A stretch of DNA of 43,019 nucleotides from Methanomicrobiales archaeon (GTDB lineage: Archaea > Halobacteriota > Syntropharchaeia > Alkanophagales > Methanospirareceae), in contig QEXZ01000001.1 in the NCBI GenBank assembly GCA_003160755.1, forward strand, positions 1-43,019. The letters run 5' to 3'. Positions within the stretch are counted from its first letter, which is position 1; every line of letters starts with the position of its first letter. Shown here piece by piece: positions 19,141 to 33,905 of the stretch. The position numbers were made by a program, and so were the translations under genes. The notes under the pieces were generated by a model, which was not told the DNA's origin, did not search any database, and saw only the letters and a program-made list of their open reading frames with translations.

Positions 19141-19863
19141 ATGAAGCCGAAGAAAAGAGGGAAAGGGATTTTATTAAGGTTAGTAATGGCTTTCTTTTTC
19201 AGGAGGAAAACGCCGAAAATCGGCATTTATGGACCGCCAAATGCCGGGAAAACTACTTTAGCGAATAGAATAATCCATACTTTTATGGATGAGAACGAGG
19301 ATATAGGTTCAACTTCGGATGTACCACACGAAACGAGAAGAGCGGTCAGGAGAAGTGGCATAATGGTAGACCTGAAATCGAAATCGGTGCAAAGTCCCGA
19401 TCCAAATCACGGTTCAGACCCGGAGTCAAAGGTAAAAGGAAGAAAAGAACGAGCAAAAGGGAAGTTGAAGCTGGATGTGGTAGATACACCGGGATTAGCG
19501 ACAAAAATAGATTTTCACGACTTTATGGCTTATGGATTGGAAGAGGAAGAGGCGAAAAAGAGGGCGAAGGAGGCGACTGAAGGTGTTATAGAGGCGATAA
19601 AGTGGCTCGACGATATTGACGGCGTTGTGCTCCTGATGGACGCTACGGAAGACCCATATACGCAAACTAACGTGATAATCATCGGTAATATGGAAGCACG
19701 AGGCACGCCCATTATTATCGCGGCAAATAAAGTGGACTTAGCAGATGCCGCTCCCGAAAGGATAATGAATGCTTTTCCTCAGCACCTCGTCATTCCTATT
19801 TCTGCACTGAAAGGAGAGAACATGGAGAAGTTGTATGAGGAAATGGCAAGGAGGTTCGGGTAA
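19141..19863 (+). CDS. Era-like GTP-binding protein (OapA-like)
   Basis: GPPNAGKTT, PHETR, DTPG, NKVD, ISAL; start uncertain (19141 or 19186). Confidence 0.9.
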   Translation: MKPKKRGKGILLRLVMAFFFRRKTPKIGIYGPPNAGKTTLANRIIHTFMDENEDIGSTSDVPHETRRAVRRSGIMVDLKSKSVQSPDPNHGSDPESKVKGRKERAKGKLKLDVVDTPGLATKIDFHDFMAYGLEEEEAKKRAKEATEGVIEAIKWLDDIDGVVLLMDATEDPYTQTNVIIIGNMEARGTPIIIAANKVDLADAAPERIMNAFPQHLVIPISALKGENMEKLYEEMARRFG

Positions 19864-19864
19864 A

Positions 19865-20197
19865 ATGGAAGTAAAGATGGACCTGGTCTCGGAAGATAAA
19901 ATAAATTCAATGGGGTCAATGGAGAAGCTGAGATTTGTGTTAGATGGCGTGAAATCCGGGAATATAGTGGTGCTGGAAGGTGGTCTGACGTCAGAGGAGC
20001 AGATGAAGTTGATAGAGCTCACAATGGCGGAAGTAAACGACGACTTCCCGGGAATAGAGATGAATGGGTATCCAACCAAAAGGGGGTTTTTAAATCTGCG
20101 AAGAAAGACACGGCTTACCGTAATAGGACCCGCAAATACGATGCGCACGATAAAGAAAGAGAATGATTTGATAAGTGCGATCATTTCGGCAACATAA
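19865..20197 (+). CDS. DUF2073-family protein (OapB-like)
   Basis: IVVLEGGLTSEEQMKLIELTM...FPGIE...LTVIGPAN. Confidence 0.88.
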   Translation: MEVKMDLVSEDKINSMGSMEKLRFVLDGVKSGNIVVLEGGLTSEEQMKLIELTMAEVNDDFPGIEMNGYPTKRGFLNLRRKTRLTVIGPANTMRTIKKENDLISAIISAT

Positions 20198-20198
20198 A

Positions 20199-20540
20199 AT
20201 GCATAAATGTTTGAAATGCGGAAAGACATTTGAAAAGCTAACGAAAGAGATGTTGCGGGGCTGCCCTGAGTGTGGCGGGACTCTTTTTCTGTATCTAAAA
20301 GAAGGCGAGGAGATAACCGCAGCCGAGTTGGTGGACAGGATAAAAATAGAGGGGAAACTGCCATCCTCGGAAGAAGAGGAGAAAATAGAGAGCTTAAGGA
20401 TTTTGAGCCCGGGCGTGTATGAGCTCAATTTAGATGCGTTATTAGAGAGAAAAGAGATAGTAATGGGGATAAAAGAGAATGGTTCTTACGCAATCCATTT
20501 GCCTTCTCTGTTTGCGAAACGGAATACGAAGCGTAGATGA
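20199..20540 (+). CDS. Zn-ribbon DUF2072-family protein (OapC-like)
   Basis: HKCLKCG...GCPECGG, IESLRILSPGVYELNL. Confidence 0.88.
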   Translation: MHKCLKCGKTFEKLTKEMLRGCPECGGTLFLYLKEGEEITAAELVDRIKIEGKLPSSEEEEKIESLRILSPGVYELNLDALLERKEIVMGIKENGSYAIHLPSLFAKRNTKRR

Positions 20541-20722
20541 GGATTGAAATAAAGTCATTCCGAAAATAATTAACCACAAGATTACACAGATTTCCACGAG
20601 AAAACAGGGGCAGGGGCTATGCCGGTAGTTGTGATAAATGAGGAAAAGGAAAAGACGCACAAAACCTGGTACATAACGCTTTATGAGTAGCTATTTGGAG
20701 GGAAGCATCAAAAATAAAAAGG

Positions 20723-20838
20723 CGAAAAGCTCTTATATACCTATGTCATACCTGTAATCAATAGTGTGGTTTAGGTCATTGGCACTCGTGCTTAAGTACA
20801 GGCTCCGTACTTAAGTACTGGGTATAGTGACTATAATC
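20723..20838 (+). ncRNA. Candidate promoter plus long-hairpin small RNA
   Basis: BRE/TATA cgaaaagctcttatata (20723-20739) between convergent genes, followed by a ~60-70-nt hairpin with G-U pairs. Confidence 0.4.
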
Positions 20839-20890
20839 TGTGCTAATCTGTGTAATCTGTGGTTATAATTTTCGTCGAGGCTCACGAATT

Positions 20891-21466
20891 TTACCTCGCT
20901 GCCCTTGCCATCCGTTCTTTCTCCTCCTTTTTGCTTATCGAATGGCATTTCTTGTTTTTTGCCGCATTTATTATCTCATCCGCAAGGCATTGCTCTATAC
21001 TTCGCCGGGTCTTAAATGCGCATTTCTCTGACCCATGCGCGATGAACAGCAGTGCCAGGTCTACTTTTCTTTGCGAGGTTACATCCACGGGCTTTGGAAC
21101 CATTATACCGCCAAATCGCAGTCTGATTGTCTCTTCCCTCGGACCCGCGTTTTGAATTGCATGCACAAGCAACTGAACAGGATTCTCCTTTGTGCGTTCA
21201 TAAATCAACTCAAAAGCATTCTTGACAATTTTGTATGCTTTTAGTTTCTTTCCCGTGTTCCTTTCCGTTCGCATTAATTTGTTAATTAGCCGCTCAACCA
21301 CGCAAACTTTTGCTTGCTCAAACTGCTGTTTTGCATGTCTGCCCCCACTATGCAGCATAGATACCGGCTGGAGACTGACGTGCCTTTCCACGCCTATATC
21401 CTGTATTTCCACTTCCGAAATGTCCCATCTATCAAATATTTTATCTAATGCCATTTCCACCCACAC
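20891..21466 (-). CDS. rps7: 30S ribosomal protein S7
   Basis: GGRHAKQQF, VERLINKLM, NAGPREE, ERMARAAR. Confidence 0.97.
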   Translation of the reverse strand: MWVEMALDKIFDRWDISEVEIQDIGVERHVSLQPVSMLHSGGRHAKQQFEQAKVCVVERLINKLMRTERNTGKKLKAYKIVKNAFELIYERTKENPVQLLVHAIQNAGPREETIRLRFGGIMVPKPVDVTSQRKVDLALLFIAHGSEKCAFKTRRSIEQCLADEIINAAKNKKCHSISKKEEKERMARAAR

Positions 21467-21471
21467 ACCAT

Positions 21472-21900
21472 CTACCTGAGAACTTTCTCCTTCTTTCCAC
21501 TTATTAATTGATCTAATGCGATGTCCGTTACCGCCACCACCTTGAACCTTACACCTGAGAGGTCTCCATACGACCTCCCTTTTCTTCCTCCCATTCCCAC
21601 TATCAATACCTCGTCATGCTCGTCTATAAACTTTATTGCACCATCTCCGGGGCAAAAAGCGGTAACCTGCTTGCCATTTTTGATTAACTGAACACGAACG
21701 CATTTGCGTATTGCGGAATTCGGCTGTTTCGCTTCTATCCCTACCTTCTCCAGGACAATAGCCCGTGCCATGTGCGCCCCCTCCATAGGGTCAGCTTTCT
21801 TAGCCGATTTCAATGCTCTTCGAACAAAGCTAGGATTCTTCCACCTGGACTTCCTTTTGCTCTCCTTCACCTTCCTTGCTGCGCATAGTCCTCTTCCCAT
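21472..21900 (-). CDS. rps12: 30S ribosomal protein S12
   Basis: [21 protein letters not shown]. Confidence 0.98.
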   Translation of the reverse strand: MGRGLCAARKVKESKRKSRWKNPSFVRRALKSAKKADPMEGAHMARAIVLEKVGIEAKQPNSAIRKCVRVQLIKNGKQVTAFCPGDGAIKFIDEHDEVLIVGMGGRKGRSYGDLSGVRFKVVAVTDIALDQLISGKKEKVLR

Positions 21901-21924
21901 CTTATATCTTACCTCAGTTTGTAC

Positions 21925-21987
21925 AGGTTTGATGTTTTAGGTTGGGGGTTTGAGCCACCTGACCACTCACACCTCACACCTCTCTAC
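21925..21987. repeat. Degenerate 7-bp unit inverted array inside the operon
   Basis: caggttt gatgttt taggttg ggggttt / cacctga ccactca cacctca cacctct. Confidence 0.6.
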
Positions 21988-21988
21988 A

Positions 21989-22417
21989 CTATACTATTAT
22001 CACGTTATCTATATCTTGATTTCTTTTTACTAATACCTTTACCTTCTTTATCTTCTCGCCGTTCCTTCCTATTGCAATGCCCTTGTCTTTATTGAAAACC
22101 TGCACGTATGCACATCTTTGCCCATTTCTGGTCAACAGCTCTACGCTCTTCACATAAGCAGGGCGAAGCAGGTTTTCTATGAATTCCTTTACATCTGCGG
22201 AGTGCTCCACAAGCTCTATCTCCTTTCTTAACAGCTTTTTTACCTTGGTTACATTCGAGCCGCCCTTACCTATCGCTAAGCTCATGTCCCCATTTTTTAT
22301 CACCAGTGTCACCTTGTTCTCTTCGTTATTCACCAGGCAATCCTTAACTCCTGCTCCTGTAAGACGCTCAAATACTCCGATACACCCTATTCCCTCAGTA
22401 TCTAACTTCACGGTCAC
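21989..22417 (-). CDS. nusA: Archaeal NusA
   Basis: Two KH motifs AIGKGG and AIGRNG; position in the rpo operon. Confidence 0.95.
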   Translation of the reverse strand: MTVKLDTEGIGCIGVFERLTGAGVKDCLVNNEENKVTLVIKNGDMSLAIGKGGSNVTKVKKLLRKEIELVEHSADVKEFIENLLRPAYVKSVELLTRNGQRCAYVQVFNKDKGIAIGRNGEKIKKVKVLVKRNQDIDNVIIV

Positions 22418-22423
22418 TTTCCA

Positions 22424-22780
22424 TCACCTTTTTTTTTCTTTTTCAATATGCCGTAATATGTCCGATTTCCCTGTATCAAGAATGCATAAAGAAGCTATCG
22501 AATAAGGTTTACCACATGCAAGCCCAAGTTCAAGGCTATTAACGGGATATTCATAAAAAGGGACATTTCCTTTTTTCTGCTTAGTTACCTCTTTGAATCC
22601 CTCTTTTATCTTTTCCGGGCAGTTAGAAGCGTAAATGACCACCTTTACTTCTTTTTCTTTCCCCCTCAGCGCTTTTAATGTCTCATTTGTGCCTATCAAT
22701 ACTTTACCGCTTTTTAGCACTTTTTGTAATTCTCTGTTCGTATCGGAAATTTCAACTGACTTGGTTTTTATCTCTGCCAT
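22424..22780 (-). CDS. rpl30e: 50S ribosomal protein L30e
   Basis: GKVLIGTNET, ASNCP, ELGLACGKPY. Confidence 0.96.
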   Translation of the reverse strand: MAEIKTKSVEISDTNRELQKVLKSGKVLIGTNETLKALRGKEKEVKVVIYASNCPEKIKEGFKEVTKQKKGNVPFYEYPVNSLELGLACGKPYSIASLCILDTGKSDILRHIEKEKKR

Positions 22781-22791
22781 TTTATCCGCTT

Positions 22792-27215
<4,424 letters not shown>

Positions 27216-27221
27216 TTTCGT

Positions 27222-30200
27222 TCACACCGTCTCCTCTAATTCCAGTCTCGGTGCGATACACAGCACTTTCAGCTCATCCAGCAGAAGCTTGAATGCATAA
27301 CTCATCTCCACAGGGTATATATCGGTGTCCGCACCACAGTTTGGACAATATACGGACCCTGTTTTCTGGTCCTTCGATGCAATCATGCCACAATGTCCAC
27401 AGACCAGTTCAACAACGCGGTCAGATTCATCCAATAATCGGTCCTTCAGCGAAATCGCAGCTCCATAGCCTATCAGTACGTCCCTTTCCATCTCGCCGAA
27501 ACGAAGCCCGCCTTCTCTTGCTTTCCCCTCTGTAGGTTGCCTTGTTAATATCTGCACGGGGCCCCTTGCACGTGCATGCATCTTTGCCGATACCAGGTGG
27601 TATAGCTTTTGATAATACACAACGCCAATAAAGACATCGGCTTTTATTTTCTCACCGGTTGTTCCATTGTACATCACTTCCGTACCCGCAGATGAAAACC
27701 CAGCACGCTTAAGCGCATTTCTTAAGTCTTCCTCGGGCTCACCAGTAAAAGCGGTTCCATCTATGGCTCTCCCTTCTAACGCGCCCACTTTCCCGCCCAT
27801 CATCTCCAGCACGTGCCCCACCGTCATCCTCGATGGAATAGCATGAGGGTTTAGAATCATATCAGGAATGATTCCTCCTTCTGTAAATGGCATATCCTCC
27901 GGCGGCACAATTAGGCCTATCACGCCCTTCTGACCGTGTCGGGATGCGAATTTATCACCTACCTCCGGTATCTTCTGGTCTCGAACACTGAGTTTAGATA
28001 AACGTCTGCTGCTGCTCGATTCCATAAGCACAACCGAATCTACTGTCCCCTGCTCGTTAGAGCGAGTACAAATGGAAGTATCTCTTCTTTCTAAAGGACT
28101 TAGAAGTTCCGTGCTTTCCTCTAAAAACCTTGGTGGGCTTGTCTTCCCTATTAATACATCGTTTGGTGCCACTTCCGTTTCCGAATTTATTATCCCATCC
28201 TCGTCAAGCTGGCTATACGCTTCATGGCTCCTCACGCCTCCAATCTCCATATCCGGTATCTCAAATCTATCCACCTCCCCACCGGGATACCGTCTCTCTT
28301 CACCTTCATAGCATCTGAAGAAATGGCTTCTTCCCAATCCGCGGTTTATTGCAGCGCGGTTAAAAATCAATGCATCTTCCATATTATACCCGGCATAGCT
28401 TAAAACAGCAACGACAAAATTCTGCCCCGCCGGTCTTTTATCATGAGAAATAAGATCTGCAGTCCTTGTTTTTACTATCGGATTCTGCGGAGACTGCAAA
28501 AGATGTACCCGGGTATCAGCACGTGGTTTATAGTTTGCCGTTGACAGCCCTAAAGATTGCTTCAACATCGCACAGCCCATTGTATTACGCGGTGACGAAT
28601 TATGGTCAGGATACGGAATTAACCCTGCAACAATGCCCAAAATCAAAGATGGGTCTATTTCCAGATGCGTATACGTGTACTCATCCCCTCCATTTGCTTT
28701 TGTTAAATCCTCTTCGTTTAGTGCTATCAGTGCATTCTCCTCCTCTTCTGCGTCTAAATACTCGATTACACCTGCCTTTACCAGTCCATCGAAGTCCATA
28801 TCGCCTTTTCTTAGTTTCTCGATGTGCGATTCTGTAAGCAGAGGAATTCCGTTGTTTATTATTATAACTGGTCTTCTCGCCCTCCCCCTATCAGAATTTA
28901 TCATTATGTCTTTTCTATCCCTATAATAGGCGACATTCACCTGAGATGATAGTTCACCCTTTCTTCTCTTTTTTCTCACTGCCTCCACGAATGTATCAGG
29001 CTCGGTTGAGAATCCAACGAAATCGCCATTCACGAACACACGAGCTCGGTTTTCAGCACTTATTTGTAAAGAGCGAGCAGGGGGGATAACACCGAGTTCA
29101 AATAACGTATTTTTGAAGTTCTCGTGATCTTCTCCTACGGATAATTCAACCATCTGCGAGAAATTCTTCACCAAACCGCAATTGGGACCTTCCGGCGTCT
29201 CAGTTGGACAGATTTTCCCCCATTGAGTGGGATGCAAATCACGCGCTTCAAAGTGCGGCTGCGCCCTTGTTAGGGGAGAAATTATCCGTCTCAGATGGCT
29301 CAACGTAGCTATGTAATTGCTCCTTTCCAGCAATTGAGAAACACCTCCTCTGCCACCTACCCAATTCCCGGTTGACAATGCATGCCGTATTCGCTCAGTG
29401 AGCACATCCGTCCGAATAGCAGTGCTGATTTTTAATTCGCGGTTTCGCATATTCGCACGTTCCAGTTGATACCGCATATCGCGTACCAACCTTGTGAACG
29501 AGACCCTGAAGAGGTCCTCCATCAGGTCGCCTGCGAGTTTCAGTCGTTTATTTGCATAATGGTCTTTATCATCTTCGTCCCTCCTGCCCAGAGAAAGTTC
29601 ATAACATGATTCTGCCATTCTTCCTATGAAATGCGCCTTCGCTATCCACGTGTCAAGGTGAGGGAGGAAATAACGGTCGAAGATATAATTAATGCGCCTC
29701 TCTCGGTACTCCTTTGCCTGCGTGGATGCGACTTTACGACCCAGCTTATCTATTGCTTCCTCTTTTGTATGTATCTCGCTCTCTTCTATGTTATCGTCAC
29801 GGATGTATTTACGTATTTGTGGGTCATCGGAGACGGCTCTTAATATCTCCTCCTCACTTTCGAGTCCCAACGCTCGCATAAGCATAACGAACTCTATTTT
29901 CCGACCGACAGCGGGAAAAGAGACCTCAAGCGTGCCTTTTTTACTTATCTCCACACGTGTGGGCACACGGAATCCCTGTTTAAGAGAAAACACCTTAGAA
30001 ACGGCGTTTTTAATCCCGTATTTCTCCTCGAAATTCACAAATATCCGGTTTGGCGCGAGGTCTTCCAGCGTGATTATTACGTGCTCGGAACCATTCAGGA
30101 TGAAATAGCCTCCAGGGTCAAGAGGGTCTTCGCCGTTATCAATCAACTCCTGCTCGGAAAGCCCGTAAAGGTTGCATCTTTTTGATTTCAGCATAATTGG

Positions 30201-30617
30201 TAAGCTGCCAATTTCAATTTTTTCCTCCTCGCCTTCTGCTTCTATCTCTGTTTCCGCTGCTGTCCCTGCCTCTGCCTCTGTTTCACGGCTTTCGTATTTC
30301 TTTACCAACTGCATTCCCAGATATATGGGGGCGGAATAGTGTAAATTCCTTAATCTCGCCTGTGCAGGGAAAATTGATTCATAAGAACCATCTGCTTCGC
30401 TTGTCTTTGGCTTGCCCACCGTTATTTTACCGAGCCTTACACCCATTTTATACCTTCCTTTTTCATCTTCACCCGATATGGAAGTTTCTACATACGGCTG
30501 CTCATCTATTATTTTTTGCATGCCGTGCTCGAGGAAATAATTAAAAGAATCGAGCTGATGCTGTGCTATTTTCCCACCCTTTAAGTATGCTTTTGAAATA
30601 ACGCTACGGTCTATCAT
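27222..30617 (-). CDS. rpoB: RNA polymerase subunit B (unsplit)
   Basis: [32 protein letters not shown]; single 1131-aa ORF. Confidence 0.97.
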   Translation of the reverse strand: MIDRSVISKAYLKGGKIAQHQLDSFNYFLEHGMQKIIDEQPYVETSISGEDEKGRYKMGVRLGKITVGKPKTSEADGSYESIFPAQARLRNLHYSAPIYLGMQLVKKYESRETEAEAGTAAETEIEAEGEEEKIEIGSLPIMLKSKRCNLYGLSEQELIDNGEDPLDPGGYFILNGSEHVIITLEDLAPNRIFVNFEEKYGIKNAVSKVFSLKQGFRVPTRVEISKKGTLEVSFPAVGRKIEFVMLMRALGLESEEEILRAVSDDPQIRKYIRDDNIEESEIHTKEEAIDKLGRKVASTQAKEYRERRINYIFDRYFLPHLDTWIAKAHFIGRMAESCYELSLGRRDEDDKDHYANKRLKLAGDLMEDLFRVSFTRLVRDMRYQLERANMRNRELKISTAIRTDVLTERIRHALSTGNWVGGRGGVSQLLERSNYIATLSHLRRIISPLTRAQPHFEARDLHPTQWGKICPTETPEGPNCGLVKNFSQMVELSVGEDHENFKNTLFELGVIPPARSLQISAENRARVFVNGDFVGFSTEPDTFVEAVRKKRRKGELSSQVNVAYYRDRKDIMINSDRGRARRPVIIINNGIPLLTESHIEKLRKGDMDFDGLVKAGVIEYLDAEEEENALIALNEEDLTKANGGDEYTYTHLEIDPSLILGIVAGLIPYPDHNSSPRNTMGCAMLKQSLGLSTANYKPRADTRVHLLQSPQNPIVKTRTADLISHDKRPAGQNFVVAVLSYAGYNMEDALIFNRAAINRGLGRSHFFRCYEGEERRYPGGEVDRFEIPDMEIGGVRSHEAYSQLDEDGIINSETEVAPNDVLIGKTSPPRFLEESTELLSPLERRDTSICTRSNEQGTVDSVVLMESSSSRRLSKLSVRDQKIPEVGDKFASRHGQKGVIGLIVPPEDMPFTEGGIIPDMILNPHAIPSRMTVGHVLEMMGGKVGALEGRAIDGTAFTGEPEEDLRNALKRAGFSSAGTEVMYNGTTGEKIKADVFIGVVYYQKLYHLVSAKMHARARGPVQILTRQPTEGKAREGGLRFGEMERDVLIGYGAAISLKDRLLDESDRVVELVCGHCGMIASKDQKTGSVYCPNCGADTDIYPVEMSYAFKLLLDELKVLCIAPRLELEETV

Positions 30618-30664
30618 ATATCTCCCATCACATCCTCTTTCCTTTCGTTTTATTTTATTCTGTT

Positions 30665-30907
30665 CTATTCGATAACCAATCGGTAAAATAATGCCGTTCC
30701 CGCTGTTCTGCTTTGCCTTTTTATTTTCACTACATCGCCCGCATCTGCTTTTATCTCCTTTATCACAGGGTCAGATAATTTTATCTTAGGCAATTGTACC
30801 CTTTTTATTTTATATTTGTCCAAGAGCTCCTTTATCTCTTCTGCCCCCATTATCTCGTGCTTGGGTACCAATTCATGTTCGAGTATAGAAATTTTTCCCT
30901 TTTTCAT
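30665..30907 (-). CDS. rpoH: RNA polymerase subunit H (Rpo5)
   Basis: [27 protein letters not shown]. Confidence 0.97.
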   Translation of the reverse strand: MKKGKISILEHELVPKHEIMGAEEIKELLDKYKIKRVQLPKIKLSDPVIKEIKADAGDVVKIKRQSRTAGTALFYRLVIE

Positions 30908-30925
30908 TTGTTTTGAGTATACTAA

Positions 30926-30999
30926 CGGGCTCGACGGGATTTGAACCCGCGACCGACGGGTTAAAAGCCCGCTGCTCTACCTTTCTGAGCTACGAGCCC
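30926..30999 (-). tRNA. tRNA-Lys(TTT)
   Basis: GGGCTCG/CGAGCCC acceptor, gcggg-ctTTTaa-cccgt anticodon arm. Confidence 0.95.
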
Positions 31000-31498
31000 T
31001 TTTTAGAGATGCTTTTAACATCTCAAGTGCAGCGTCTACCGCTTCGCGTTTGTTCTCTCCCCTATCCCCCTGGAAGATATGTTTCTCATGGTAGACGTAT
31101 TCCTTTGTTGCCAATGCTATATAAACTAATCCAACGGGTTTGTCCGGCGTTCCCCCAGTGGGTCCAGCAATGCCAGTGGTTGCAATCCCAATATTGGCAT
31201 CCAGCAGATTTATTACTCCGCTCGACATCTCACGCGCGCACGCTGCACTCACCGCGCCTTTTTCTTTTAGGGTCTTCTCAGCAACGTGTAGGATTTTTTG
31301 CTTTACCTCATTTGAATAAGCCACGACGCCGCCTTTATAATAGTCTGAACTTCCCGAGACATTTGTTATTCTATGCGATAGCAGACCACCCGTGCAAGAT
31401 TCTGCGGTACAGAGACTTAGCCCGCCCTTTCTTAGCTCGTCCCCGATTGCTCCTTCTATCGGAATTTTACCCCTCTCTCTCTCCATCTCCACCCTCAT
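30977..31498 (-). CDS. CinA C-terminal / PncC NMN deamidase-family protein
   Basis: AESCTGGL, GSSDYY, GAVS, TTGIAGPTGG. Confidence 0.93.
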   Translation of the reverse strand: MRVEMERERGKIPIEGAIGDELRKGGLSLCTAESCTGGLLSHRITNVSGSSDYYKGGVVAYSNEVKQKILHVAEKTLKEKGAVSAACAREMSSGVINLLDANIGIATTGIAGPTGGTPDKPVGLVYIALATKEYVYHEKHIFQGDRGENKREAVDAALEMLKASLKRARSSER

Positions 31499-31571
31499 TC
31501 GTTTTTCCTTGTTATCTACAAAAAAAGCTTTACCAAAGGCATATTATTGTTTGTTATACTATAATATAAGC

Positions 31572-32063
31572 TTAGCCCTGTGAGGCACCATATCTCACTT
31601 TTACTGCTACACCATGCTCGAACTTTTTCATCTCTTCTCCCGATAGCATAGCTTTTCCCGTGGCAAGTAGATTATCGTGCTCATCCACCAATATGACCTC
31701 ATCGTAAGCCCGTATCGCGGGGTCAGCGTCTATTAAGTGTTTGCAAAACGCGGTTCCCCCGTCCTTTATAAATTCACTGCTCTCTTCGTTCATAACCACA
31801 CGTATTCCTGGATATTCAAAAAACCGATGCAATCTTTTTGCTCCTTCTATACTCAGCGTTAGTAGTCCGTCAACGCTCCTCAAGGTTGCTATTCGCGTTC
31901 CGAGAAGATTATCTTTTATCTGCGATATTCTTCTTGTCTTTGAGAGCATAAATTCCAAGGTATCCGTATCAGGGAACAGGGTTTCACCGGCACCGCGGCC
32001 AAATTGATAATCCGCTATGGTTCTTGCCGTTTTGAGCTTTTTATTCCTTTCTTCTTCTTTCAT
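31572..32063 (-). CDS. PUA-domain protein (stand-alone C-terminal part of archaeosine tRNA-guanine transglycosylase)
   Basis: IADYQFGRGAG, GLLTLSIEGA, LLATGKA, GVAVKVR. Confidence 0.88.
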   Translation of the reverse strand: MKEEERNKKLKTARTIADYQFGRGAGETLFPDTDTLEFMLSKTRRISQIKDNLLGTRIATLRSVDGLLTLSIEGAKRLHRFFEYPGIRVVMNEESSEFIKDGGTAFCKHLIDADPAIRAYDEVILVDEHDNLLATGKAMLSGEEMKKFEHGVAVKVRYGASQG

Positions 32064-32137
32064 TTCTGGTGGCTATATCCATAAAATGCAATTTCTCTTT
32101 TAAGTTTCTCTTTACTAAGAATATTTGGATTGAAATT

Positions 32138-32470
32138 ATGAAGAAAAGGAGTAGAAAAGGAAGAATAGAAGACATTGCCTTACAGCGGATAGAGCGGCTG
32201 TTCGAACTCGCAGAAGCCGATGCGAGAGAAAATAAGATGAAAGGGAGAAGCAGGAGGAGTGATAGATACGTGCAGCTTGCGCGAAAAATTGGGATGCGGT
32301 ACAGGGTGCAGATACCACATCAGTTAAAGATGCGGATTTGTAACGGTTGTTATGCCTTCTTAGTCCCGGGTGAAAATGCACGCATTCGCCTACGAGGCGA
32401 TTATATCACGACAACTTGTCTGAGATGTGGTAAGCAGATGAGACGACCTTATAAAGGACTTGGGGAATAG
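32138..32470 (+). CDS. rnp4: Ribonuclease P protein component 4 (Rpp21)
   Basis: [24 protein letters not shown]...CLRCG..RRPY. Confidence 0.94.
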   Translation: MKKRSRKGRIEDIALQRIERLFELAEADARENKMKGRSRRSDRYVQLARKIGMRYRVQIPHQLKMRICNGCYAFLVPGENARIRLRGDYITTTCLRCGKQMRRPYKGLGE

Positions 32471-32505
32471 CCAATAGCCAATAGCCAATAGCCAATAGCC
32501 AATAG
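32466..32505. repeat. Perfect heptamer tandem repeat (AATAGCC)5
   Basis: Five exact units plus aatag; the first unit contains the rnp4 stop codon. Confidence 0.95.
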
Positions 32506-32554
32506 GGGATGGGGGTGTATTTGCCCGATTCATCTAAAAAAATCACTACCTAGC

Positions 32555-32712
32555 ACTGTCGAATGAATTTTCTAGTGGAATTGCTATATTCTTAAATTTC
32601 ACCACAAGGCACACAGAGAGCGCAGAGACACCAGAAAAAACTGAGCAATGATTGTAACCGTCTAAAAACTCTGTGTGCTCGGCGCTCTCCGCGGTGATAA
32701 ATCACTATATTT
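32555..32712. mobile_element. Family-C hairpin element, full copy
   Basis: ttcaccacaaggcacacagagagcgcagag...ctctgtgtgctcggcgctctccgcggtgataaatcactatatt; related to 3056, 16336, 34721. Confidence 0.75.
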
Positions 32713-33843
32713 TTAGATAGTACCCACTACCTCATTCATTATTGCAAAAGCTCGCTTTAAATCATCAAAACTCGCAGCATACGATATTCTCACGTGATTC
32801 TTGCCCATAGTTCCAAATGCCGACCCTGGTGTGACTATTACCCCTCTCTGCTTCAACGTATCTACAAATTCTTGCTCATCACCTACACGAGGGAAGATAT
32901 AAAAAGCTCCTTTTGGCGTGTTGAACGTCATCGCCATATCGTGAAGAGCATCAACGGCAAAATCGCGTCTTCTTTTGAACTCGCTTCTCATCTCTGCTAC
33001 ACCGTCCTGTGGACCTGAAATAGCAGCCAACGCAGCGTGTTGCGAAATGGAAGATGCGCAGGCTTGAATATACTGATGGATTTTCAGCATTTGCTCTACG
33101 TATTCTTCACGAGCTGCAAGATAGCCCAGTCTGAACCCGGTCATTGCGTATGTCTTTGAGACCGCATTCACCGTGATGACTCCCGCGTCAGAGAACCTCG
33201 CGGGGCTTGTGTGCTTCAAGCCATCGTAAATAAGATGCTCATAAACCTCATCGGAAATGATGGTTATGTGGTGGTCGTGGGCGACGTCAACGAGTGCTTT
33301 TATGTTCTCCTCGGTTTCCACCGCACCCGTGGGATTAGCAGGGGAATTTATTATCATCGCTTTTGTTTTTGGCGTGATTTTTTCCTTTACTGCTTCAGAA
33401 GGCATCGTGAAGTCTTCGCTTTCGCTTAGCGGGACACCGACTGGCCTCGCCTCTGCCAATTTCGTTAGTGGTGCGAATGAAACAAACCCGGGATTCGGTA
33501 TCAGCACCTCATCTCCTCTTTCTACAACTGCAAGGAGTGCTATATGCAACGCTTCGCTCGCACCAGCCGTAACTATTATCTCTTCAGGGCTAACAGAAAA
33601 ATCGTTATCTCGTTTGAACTTGTCGCATATCGCCGCTCTCAGTTCTCCAATGCCTTTATTAGAGGTATAAGAGGTAAATCCAGCGTTAAGTGCTCGTATA
33701 GCGGCTTCCTTTACATGCGCCGGTGTATCGAAGTCAGGTTCACCGAGACCCAGGTTGAAGAAGTCGCCAGATGCGGTTTCGAATGCTTTCCTTATGCCTG
33801 AAATATCTATGTCTGCAATACGATGTGCAAATTTTTCGACCAT
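32713..33843 (-). CDS. Class I/II PLP-dependent (aspartate-type) aminotransferase
   Basis: GEPDF, NSPANPTG, SDEVYE, SKTYAMTGFRLG. Confidence 0.94.
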   Translation of the reverse strand: MVEKFAHRIADIDISGIRKAFETASGDFFNLGLGEPDFDTPAHVKEAAIRALNAGFTSYTSNKGIGELRAAICDKFKRDNDFSVSPEEIIVTAGASEALHIALLAVVERGDEVLIPNPGFVSFAPLTKLAEARPVGVPLSESEDFTMPSEAVKEKITPKTKAMIINSPANPTGAVETEENIKALVDVAHDHHITIISDEVYEHLIYDGLKHTSPARFSDAGVITVNAVSKTYAMTGFRLGYLAAREEYVEQMLKIHQYIQACASSISQHAALAAISGPQDGVAEMRSEFKRRRDFAVDALHDMAMTFNTPKGAFYIFPRVGDEQEFVDTLKQRGVIVTPGSAFGTMGKNHVRISYAASFDDLKRAFAIMNEVVGTI

Positions 33844-33905
33844 TTTTCTGTGTTTATATTTTCTACCTTTAATATGATATTAATGATAATCACGGAGGAT
33901 ATGAA

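Noticed and set aside
20590..20616. ORB-like origin box (ttccacgagaaaacagggg) near the oap genes; similar ttccagtgaaa at 3068
   Set aside because: Single imperfect matches that overlap dispersed repeat families; no cdc6 or paired ORBs around an AT-rich unwinding element.
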